A stretch of DNA of 64,000 bases from Macrostomum lignano. Its lineage: Eukaryota. Positions 12,613 through 22,157 of this stretch are shown in pieces (within the stretch, counting starts at the first letter, position 1; each line of letters starts with the position of its first letter). The stretch lies in contig NIVC01000598.1 in the NCBI GenBank assembly GCA_002269645.1, positions 62,001 through 126,000 of the forward strand, read 5' to 3'. The notes beneath the pieces were generated by a model. That model saw only the letters and a list, made by a program, of their open reading frames with translations. It searched no databases and had not been told where the DNA came from. Both the position numbers and the translations under genes were made by a program.

Positions 12613-12956
12613 ACTATTCAATTATTCAATCTGTTTATCAGCAAGCAGAAGTCTCGAAGTCTCGTGAACAGCAAACACACGATGTGTAGTTGAATCGAAA
12701 GTGCAGCAAAATGAACAAATTTCTGCTTGGCACACCTCAAGTCATGCCAGTTGGCAATAGAAATGCTTCCCAAACGGCCATGCTCTTTGACCCCATTTCT
12801 GGGAAATCAGCTCAATTCCAACAGAGACAATTTTGACGGCTAGGCCCCATTTCTGGGAACCAACATCCAAAGGTGTGAAGTGTTTCCCAGAAACACATGC
12901 ATGGCTCACATTAATTGTGAAGCCTCTATGGAAAGCTGGGAGACAAATGCACTGAA

Positions 12957-13104
12957 TGCGCTCCCATTAATGTGAGTCCGGGCTCCTTTAGGGTTCGCGG
13001 CGTAGCAGCGCATTCGTGCGGGTCACGTGGACAAAACCTGACGAAAAGTTGCGCAGAAAGAAACATTATCGCTGCGACACACCTAGGCGGGTGGCCTATA
13101 AATA
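12957..13104 (+). promoter_or_regulatory. Pol II promoter of the Cys-rich gene: MRE-core match TGCGCTC (12957-12963), E-box GTCACGTG (13022-13029), GC-box-like 13086-13094, TATAAATA (13097-13104)
   Basis: Motifs read directly; TATA lies ~100 nt upstream of an ATG in good context (acaATGg). The MRE core consensus TGCRCNC is established knowledge; function here is inferred. Confidence 0.6.
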
Positions 13105-13200
13105 ACCCCCCAGCTGGGCTGGCGGAGAAGCCCGAAGCGATAGGAAAAAGAGGATTCTCCGATCTGAGCTCTGCGACCCTTATTGTTTAACCTTTTAACA

Positions 13201-14493
13201 ATGGACAAGCCAAGTTGCCCCACATGCAAGTGCGAGAACTGCAAATGCGAGAACTGCAAGTGTGAGAACTGCAAGTGCGAAAACTGCAAGTGCAAGAACT
13301 GCAAGTGCGAGAACTGCAAATGCGAGAACTGCAAGTGCGAGAACTGCAAGTGCGAGAACTGCAAGTGCGAGAACTGCAAGTGCAAAGACTGCAAATGCGA
13401 GAACTGCAAGTGCGAGAACTGCAAGTGTAAAGACTGCAAGTGCAAAGACTGCAAGTGCGAGAACTGCAAGTGTAAAGACTGCAAGTGTAAAGATTGCAAG
13501 TGCGAGAACTGCAAGTGCAAAGACTGCAAATGCGAGAACTGCAAGTGCGAGAACTGCAAGTGCAAAGACTGCAAGTGCGAGAACTGCAAGTGCAAAGACT
13601 GCAAGTGTAAAGATTGCAAGTGCGAGAACTGCAAGTGCAAAGACTGCAAATGCGAGAACTGCAAGTGCGAGAACTGCAAGTGCAAAGACTGCAAGTGCGA
13701 GAACTGCAAGTGCAAAGACTGCAAGTGTAAAGACTGCAAATGCGAGAACTGCAAATGCGAGAACTGCAAATGCGAGAACTGCAAATGCGAGAACTGCAAG
13801 TGCAAAGACTGCAAATGCGAGAACTGCAAATGCAAGAACTGCAAATGCGAGAACTGCAAGTGCGAGAACTGCAAGTGCAAAGACTGCAAATGCGAGAACT
13901 GCAAATGCGAGAACTGCAAGTGCGAGAACTGCAAGTGCGAGAACTGCAAGTGCAAAGACTGCAAGTGCAAAGACTGCAAATGCGAGAACTGCAAGTACAA
14001 AGACTGCAAGTGCAAAGACTGCAAATGCGAGAACTGCAAGTACAAAGACTGCAAGTACAAAGACTGCAAGTGCAAAGACTGCAAATGCGAGAACTGCAAG
14101 TACAAAGACTGCAAGTACAAAGACTGCAAGTGCAAAGACTGCAAGTGCAAAGACTGCAAGTGCAAAGACTGCAAGTGCAAAGACTGCAAGTGCAAAGACT
14201 GCAAGTGCGAGAACTGCAAGTGCAAAGACTGCAAGTGCAAAGACTGCAAGTGCAAAGACTGCAAATGCGAGAACTGCAAATGCGAGAACTGAAAATGCGA
14301 GAACTGCAAGTGCAAAGACTGCAAATGCGAGAACTGCAAGTGTAAAGACTGCAAGTGCAAAGACTGCAAATGCGAGAACTGCAAGTGTAAAGACTGCAAG
14401 TGCAAAGACTGCAAGTGCAAAGACTGCAAATGCGAGAACTGCAAGTGCGAGAACTGCAAGTGCGAGAATTGCAACAGCGCGTCCTGCAACTAG
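13201..14493 (+). CDS. Giant tandem-repeat metallothionein-like Cys-rich protein: MDKPSCPT-(CKC[EN/KD])x83-CNSASCN*. An in-frame TGA at 14290-14292 gives 363 aa, or 430 aa if read through or corrected.
   Basis: 83 x 15-bp units 13225-14469 with no indels; unique in-frame Cys-containing N- and C-caps; synonymous variants aag/aaa, tgc/tgt, gag/gaa, gac/gat, aac/aat; no signal peptide; TATA upstream; AATAAA 14621-14626. Confidence 0.75.
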
Positions 14494-16191
14494 CAGCCGC
14501 AGTTTTCCTGCAGTTTGAGCTGAGGAAGTTGCCGGAACATTGAGGCATAACTAGCGTAACTAAAGTTTGATAAATGTGTATCCCAACCCTAAAGCAATTT
14601 TTTTATCGTGAATTGTTTTAAATAAATAACTGCATGCTATGAAATCTGTTTGCATGAATCACAAACTTGATTGCTCAATTTTATTGATTTTTCGCGCGAG
14701 GTTTATGGCACTCATTCTAATAGAACTCTCGAGATTTGTAATTAATTTTGCACGAACAATAAACGCGTATGATTAAAGCCAGATGTAAAAGAAAACAAGA
14801 TTCTTTCATTTTATGATCAGTAATTGAAGAATTTTCGGTAATGTTAACTATGATCGAAAGTTTCATTGGAAGAGCAGACCAAGCAGAATAGTGGTTGTTT
14901 TGTACGCTCGATCGTAGCTATACAAAAATTGAGTTTAGTACTGTAGATTAACCTCGACCTTATACTTTCGTCCAGTTCGCATTAGATTCTACGACAACGC
15001 ATTCAATGAGTGGCATAGATCAAGTAGTATGAAAAATATGAAATCTGCATGTATGTTCTTCGGCCTTATTAGCTTATAGTGTAAGCTTACATAAGCTTGT
15101 AAGTTCGGCCTTATATTATAAACGCGAAACGAAAATCAGTGCATATAAATATGCTTTATATACAGTCATCAAAACTCAGTTCAGGGGCGTAAATTTACTT
15201 TAAAAGGCTGGAAATTTAGGATTCTACATATAGGATATCCAACTAAAAGTTACCGTTTCAGGACGCAACACTCGGCGATGCAGTATGCAACGAAGCAACG
15301 AAGCACCGATGCAACGAAGATGCAGTAGTCATAGGAAATGAAATCGTTTGTCCACAAACTATTGTGTATTTTGTGCCCGTGTTTGTGTCATTGTTACAGT
15401 GGTGTCTGCTGTAAAACAAATGACAAAGTGAGTTCATAAATGGTTCATGATGTAGCTTAAATTGAGTATACTCAACGTAGAGAACGACCATTAAGTTATT
15501 CGTTCAGTCATTTACTTAAGACATCAAAAAAGAAGTTCTTTACACCCATAAAAGCTGTTTATTTTAATTCCTTTTCTTCTGCTAGTTCATCTAGTTCTAG
15601 TTTCATAATTGCTTTTTCGTTATTTTGTAGGTTATCGTGTTTATTAAAAATAAAAGCATTATAACAAAATATTTAATCATTCAGAGAGAAAATAATCACT
15701 TATGAAAGATCCGAAAAACTTCATTTATCTGCTTACGGTACTTGTTTAAACCGTTATTATTCGATATTCAAACTGGAAAAGAAGCGTACGAGCTATATAG
15801 CAAGAAAGCAACAATGGGGAAGCTCTCTCTCGCGCCATAATTATCACAGAACCTGCACTAATATGATTCTGGCTATGCTACTCATGCTAGAGCATATATA
15901 GTTTGCTTCTACTCTAGGCCCTTAATTTATCTGTCTAATGTTCAGGACTTAATTCTATTTTATTAGTCCCATGACTCGCATCCATGATCCATCTCATTCT
16001 AGGCTAGGGCATAATATCTTAATCTCCATGATATAATTTTCTTTTGAGTTGTTTTTTTCTGGCAGAAATGGGCCTAGCACTATAGCAGCCTAAGATAAAG
16101 GAAACCAAAATGTAAACATTAATTTAGTCATCAATTGACATTAGTCTATAGGCAAGCCAGGCCACAAACAATGTGGTGTGGCTGGTGCACA

Positions 16192-16238
16192 GTCATTTTG
16201 TCTGCTACCTTTTCGTCTGCCAGCAGACAAAACAACTT
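16192..16238. repeat. Imperfect palindrome of the gtcattttgtctgct family (DNA-transposon terminal or subterminal motif)
   Basis: gtcattttgtctgct...agcagacaaaacaac (13/15 complementary); same motif family at 40532-40576 and 41140-41166. Confidence 0.5.
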
Positions 16239-19200
16239 CTAAAAAAGAAAAAGAAAAATATAGGGCAATTTTCCTCTTTCATTTGTTAAATTAATTTTTC
16301 ATTTTAACATGAACAATACTGACTTAAAATGACAAAAAACGATAACAATATGATCCCTGGCCCCACCTCCATCCAATGATGATAATGCATTTGTTTTCCT
16401 GTTGCAGAGCTTATTCATAATAAACAAAAAGGTCAAGTTAAATTTTTTGGGTCTTTTGGGTAATATTTTGAATTTTAGATATACTTGACATTGACACTTG
16501 TACTTTTAAAAACTGATTCAATATCTTTACTTTAAATATTTTTAAGAATAAGATATACAGTCCAGATATTTCCTTTTAATATTAACATTGTATTTAATAT
16601 TTAACATATTTTTATAATTATATATTAATTACATATATATTATTTGAAATTATATATTACGTTACAGGGCTGATTGTTTTCTCTTGAATGAAAATTTCAC
16701 CATTAAGCCACCAAGTTGTTACAGGCATGTTTCCTACATGCTAGGAAATCTCATAAACTGCCATCAAAGTTGTGATAGGCTTTATTTCTGTCTCTTAAAT
16801 GTTTTATTGTTGCCGCCAAGACTATTCTATTATGAATTTATTTTCCTAGAATAAGTCTAGGAAAATTAAAGTTTTTAGTATAAGTCTAAGTATTTGTCTA
16901 AGTGTATTTATCTAATAATCTAAGCATAGGTCAGAGTATTAGTCTGCAAATTATTCTGAGTATCATTCTTGGTATATGTTCTCACAGGTAACATTCTTAC
17001 TGTTATTCTGGTAGTGTTCTTATTGTTATTCTAGTATTCGTAGTGTTCTTACTATTATTCTTGTAGCATTCTTATTGTTATTCTGGCCTAAGTAGTATAT
17101 AGGCCTAGTCTACTGATATATATACTGGATGTATGTTCTCTCCAGTCCTGAGCGTTACTGGGATCAGAGGGTCATGGCCCTTTATATGTTTTGAGATCTA
17201 CTTTGTATTTCTTCTCTTTCCAACATTCTATTTCTTAGTAGTATATACTGTATGCTCTTCCTTCTATTTCACTTCACTTAGAAAATGAATTAGGCCTAAC
17301 ATGGAAAAACATTTCTTGAAATATTTCTTTGGAATTCACTAAAAAATTTCTCAACTAACCATTAAGTTGAAGGCTGATTCAAAGATCCAACAAACATGCC
17401 TCTCCTCGCCCAAAATTCATGTCTATTTATACTAAAATTTCAGTTCATTTATAACAAAAAATAAATTTCAAAAATATTTTGAGAAATGAGTATTAAAACA
17501 AATTGTTTTCTTAAAAACATACAGATTTTAAAATGGCATAGAAAGTTAGATTTTGTGTACAAATAAAGAAAAAGAGACCTATATATATTTATAATTTTAC
17601 ATTATAATTTTTTTTATAATTAAACATAACATAAAAACCAACAATGGTTTCAAATGAAAGAAATCAAAAGATGGCAAACTAACTTTGTTTATTTCAAAGG
17701 ATGGTAAGATTATTGTAGGTTATAATATCTATCACTTTTGGTTTGCAATCAGCCAAATTTGTTGCCCATTAAAATGATTATAAACCAAAGCTGGCTATAA
17801 GAAGGTGTGTCAAATATGACAAATAGTCACATGCAAAAAACTGCTACTCATTCTAGATTAAGGGTATCAAAATCTTTTCTTACCTTTGCACCCTTTCTCA
17901 TCTTCAGTTTACAATCATTTCCACACATGCACTCTGCTAAAATGATCCTAAACCAAAGCTGGCAATATTACTTTTACCCTAAATGCATGTGCATTATATA
18001 CAGTATTGATTTAACCCAGCTTTGGTTCATAATTGTTTCTATATGCATTACATATTCAAATGATTGTATATCAAAGCTGATATATAAGCATCATCCAACA
18101 AATCACACTTTCAATTTTGCATTTTTTGTTAGCCAGTTTTGAACACACCATTTTCGCGCTACAATGAGCAAAATATAAGGTGATTATAAACTGAAACTGG
18201 CCAAATAGAAAGTGTAAACCAAAGGATTGCCCTTTTTATTTATTACTATAAAGAGACCTAGGCTTAAGAATTAGAAATAGACTAATGGAAATATCAAATC
18301 ATTAGGAAAAAAAAGAAAATTTTTATTAAAAATAAAAACTAAAAGAAAAATATTTTTGTTATTTTTAGCAAAAATGCTAAGCATTCATTTTTAGATTAAT
18401 ATCTACTTTCTAATTTTTATATATATATTTAGTTTATAATTAAGGTATTGAAAAGCAAATGAGTACCAAAATGCTAGGTACCAAAAAGCGTAGGCATTGA
18501 AAAGCACAGATATCCTCTGAGTTTATAGAAATAAATGTCCCCCCAAATCTATGTTATATAAACTTGATTATTAATACTCCATTTCTCCTAAAGCCTCAAA
18601 TATAAGTATATAATATGTTCACGATTGCTTAAGCACCCTTGCTTTTCCTTAAGACTATGTTGTCCCATCCTTAATTCCCTCCCCTTACATATAACCATAA
18701 GCCTATAATCCCTAACACTTGACTTTTTAAACAAGGTTCTTAGGCTTCCATTCTTTCTAAAGGCTTTTCAAGTCTTAACATAAACATATTCAATTTGTTA
18801 TACCTTTAATCCCTTTACCTTTCCTTAAAATACAACTATCCTTTTTTTTCTCTTCATTTATGAGCCACAATACCAACACTTGATCTAAACCTTTGCTCTA
18901 TATCAAAGTGACTATTTGGTATTTGGATAATTAATTTTGCAATTGAAATTCAAACTAAATATTTGGTTGATTTGATTTTATTCTGCTTTAGGATATTGAC
19001 TTATAGTTACAAGCTTAAACTAATTACACTAAACTAATTAGACTAACTATAACTAATCATTAATTATAAATTTTGCCTTGAAACTTCAACAAGAGAATAA
19101 TAGTTTTACTTCTATAAAATTACATAAAGGAAATCATAATCATTCAAAATAGCTCACATTTTTTCAGTGGCACAACCAGGGTAGATGGGGAAGTGGTTTC

Positions 19201-19880
19201 TCCTCTCTTAGGCAGAGACTAGAAAAAGTCGAAGGGGAGACCAAGCAGATTTTTTGCCAAAATGTAGAGCCCCTCCCCAAGGTCTTTACCCTCCAAAATC
19301 TGCTCCCCCTTCTACAAATTGTACTGAATTTTTACAAACTATGTTACAGCTATAATTTTATGATTATAAGATCATAAAAACAAGGAAGATTCTGTAGTAG
19401 CATTGTGCCTATAAAACATTTTTCCAATTAAATTCTGTTAATTTTTATGCCTTTCCTCACTATATGAATATATGCTTTGTAAATATTTATTGCTATAAAT
19501 GTTACAACCATTATTGTATGGAACAATCCAAAGGAGTAAAAAATTATTAATCAAATGATACCTTGAGAAAATTATTTTGCATAGAAATTTATCTGTGCAA
19601 AACTTGTCTAAATTAGTTAGACAGAGGCTACTAGCCAAGGTAAGTAGCAAAATTGATCTCACTCCCAAAAATGCTAAAAAGGAAGACAAATAAACAAGGC
19701 AAGGAGAAAATAAGAGTGAATAGAAAAGAAAAAAACAGAAAGGCAACTATAAAATAGAGAAAAAATAAAGAAAAATTGCAACTAAAGTCAAGTTAGTAGT
19801 AAAATTTTGGTAGAGATGCTTGTTTAATAAATAATAAAGAAATGAAGGCCAACACCAATATATAAGTAAATTATTATTAT

Positions 19881-19919
19881 AGCCAACGCATTTCAACACA
19901 AGCGGTCATCCTCAGGGCT
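19881..19919 (-). ncRNA. Minimal type I hammerhead ribozyme motif (Penelope/retrozyme-like)
   Basis: Minus strand AGCC-CUGAGGA-U-GAC(cgcuugu)GUU-GAAA-UGCGUU^-GGCU: core CUGANGA...GAAA, helix I AGCC/GGCU, 3-bp helix II, tiny helix III. Confidence 0.65.
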
Positions 19920-20664
19920 TGCTCTCATGATTCATAATTTCGTATATTTACATAAATAAAGAAAATCAAAAACTGTACAAGGCAATAGACGAATGGGTTC
20001 AGTCCGGTCAATAGTTGTACATTAAGAGACAATAATAAATTAAATTATTAGGCCATCAAAAAAAACCCAAAAAACACAGAGCAAACATTTTTGTTAAAAC
20101 AAACTCTTCAGTCATATCGCTAGTGTAAATTAGACAACTTATTTATGTATGAAAGTAGCAAGTTTCTTGTTCAATGGCTAAAAACTCACACTAGTAGAAC
20201 AAAAATACTGCATTGAAAAATAAGTATGGTAGAATGTAGTCCTTCAAAAACAATTTAAAATTTAGCTCTTGGCTGTGTAATACACAATTATTGCATGTTT
20301 TTATAATTTTATACTATGGGATGAGCGTTTTTGTTTTCTACATGGTTTCTGGCAACAGAGTGTTCTTGGTAGTTTCTGTGGAAAATGTATCAAAAAAGCA
20401 ACTGAAAAGTATAGACAAAAATGATCTTATAATTAATTGGCTTGGCGCCAAAAGTATCATTTTGTTTTCAGTACTAGGCAGAAATATAAGCATCTACACA
20501 GCACCCGAAGCACTTTTCAATTTTTCATGGCAATAATTATGATTGGGTTGCAGAACAACTGTGTTTGAATGACACAGTTTGAATGATGAAGTAAAATAAC
20601 GCTTAAGTTAATACAAGACATATTGCGCATCCCTTTTCATGCTCGATTGCGCAAGCCCTCAGCC

Positions 20665-21093
20665 ATGTCTTACATGCTGCCCCACCTCACCAATGGCTGG
20701 CAGGTGGACCAGGCCATTCTGTCCGAGGAGGATCGGCTCGTGATTATTCGGTTCGGACACGACTGGGATCCCGCCTGTATGGTCATGGACGAGACTCTGT
20801 TTAAAGTGGCCGAGAAGGTTAAAAACTTTGCCGTCATTTACCTTGTTGACATTCAGAAGGTGCCAAACTTCAACAAGATGTACGAACTGTACGACCCCTG
20901 CACGGTGATGTTCTTCTACAGAAACAAGCACATCATGATCGACCTGGGCACCGGAAATAATAACAAAATCAACTGGGCTGTCGAGGACACTGGCGAGTTT
21001 ATCGACATAGTCGAGACAGTGTTCAGGGGCGCCCGCAAAGGCCGGGGTCTGGTGGTGTCGCCCAAGGATTATTCTACCAAATATCGATACTAA
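20665..21093 (+). CDS. TXNL4A: Dim1 / U5 snRNP 15 kDa thioredoxin-like protein, intronless, 142 aa
   Basis: MSYMLPHLTNGWQVDQAILSEEDRLVIIRFGHDWDP...SPKDYSTKYRY is the hallmark Dim1 sequence; cag directly before ccATG; AATAAA 21210-21215. Confidence 0.98.
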   Translation: MSYMLPHLTNGWQVDQAILSEEDRLVIIRFGHDWDPACMVMDETLFKVAEKVKNFAVIYLVDIQKVPNFNKMYELYDPCTVMFFYRNKHIMIDLGTGNNNKINWAVEDTGEFIDIVETVFRGARKGRGLVVSPKDYSTKYRY

Positions 21094-21424
21094 ATTAACT
21101 GCTAGTGCTTTTGACTGCTAGTGCGTGTCTAAACTCTCTGATCTGTACATGGCTGTTCGGCTACTGTTTAACTATGATGTGTTGTGCCCTGCTCATGCGC
21201 TATTCTCCTAATAAATGCTTTTAATAAGATTGTACCCAGCAAATGTGTCTTCTGCATTCATTTATTATATCGTAGCTCGCCTCAGTTTGGCAGTTTAACC
21301 TTTTAGGAAAATAGAATGTATTGTAGACAATGTGTGTTCTTAATGCATGCTGGCTCAGCGCTGCTTCACCTGAGCATCTCGGCCAGTCACTCTCGATAAT
21401 CCAGTCAGCCTAGCAACAGTTGCC

Positions 21425-21775
21425 ATGGACGCCAAGGACGGCAAGGAGGAGCTGCAGTCGGCGCAGGTTCACCGGATCCGCATCACGCTGACGTCAAAGA
21501 ATGTCTGCAGCTTGGAGAAGGTGTGCGCCGACCTGATCAAGGGCGCCAAAGACAAGAACCTGCCAGTGAAGGGGCCGGTGCGGATGCCGACGAAGGTGCT
21601 GAGCCTCACGACCCGCAAGACTCCGTGCGGTGAGGGCTCGAAGACGTGGGACCGGTACCGCCTGCGGCTGCACAAGCGGCTCATCGACCTGCAGTCGCCC
21701 GCCGAGACCGTCAAGCAGATCACCAGCATCAGCATCGAGCCGGAGGTCGAGGTCGAGGTCACGGTGGCCAAGTGA
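21425..21775 (+). CDS. RPS20: 40S ribosomal protein S20 (uS10), intronless, somewhat divergent
   Basis: [54 protein letters not shown]; AATAAA 21853-21858. Confidence 0.97.
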   Translation: MDAKDGKEELQSAQVHRIRITLTSKNVCSLEKVCADLIKGAKDKNLPVKGPVRMPTKVLSLTTRKTPCGEGSKTWDRYRLRLHKRLIDLQSPAETVKQITSISIEPEVEVEVTVAK

Positions 21776-22157
21776 AGAGGCGATGTGTGTGTTCCAGGTT
21801 TTGCGCTGACTGCTTCCGCTGGTCTGCTTGTGTCCGCGGCCTACGGGCTGTGAATAAATCAGAGGGCTGAGTCAGTTTCGACTTGCTTGGAGTTGATTTC
21901 TCGTTGCCTTTCTTTTTTCTCTAATGTCTGCGCAAATACTTAGTTATAGTTTTTTAAGCTTTTAGTGTGTAGGCTTTTATTTTAGTAGTCTACTACTCTG
22001 TCAGTAGTAATATGTGTAGCAGAAATAAAATTTGCATCCGCATCGATTCTAGGTATTGCAGGATGTGAAACGCGACCCAGGCGGCACCAATAGCAGCCAG
22101 AGGCGCAAGCAACAGAAACAGCAACAGAAGCAGCAGCAGCAACAGCAAGAAGTCGCT

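Noticed and set aside
13083-14548. Alternative frames of the Cys repeat (LQFSH, TASAK, RELQV, CSSRT)
   Set aside because: Only the CKC frame has an ATG in good context, in-frame unique caps and third-position variation
14494-14620. Possible SECIS or hammerhead (ctgagga) in the 3' UTR of the Cys-repeat gene
   Set aside because: Spacing and pairing do not fit a canonical SECIS, and no GAAA follows the short stem
22056-22157. In-frame poly-Gln extension upstream of the SLMAP ATG
   Set aside because: No ATG and no upstream coding donor in phase; probably a CAG/CAA-rich 5' UTR
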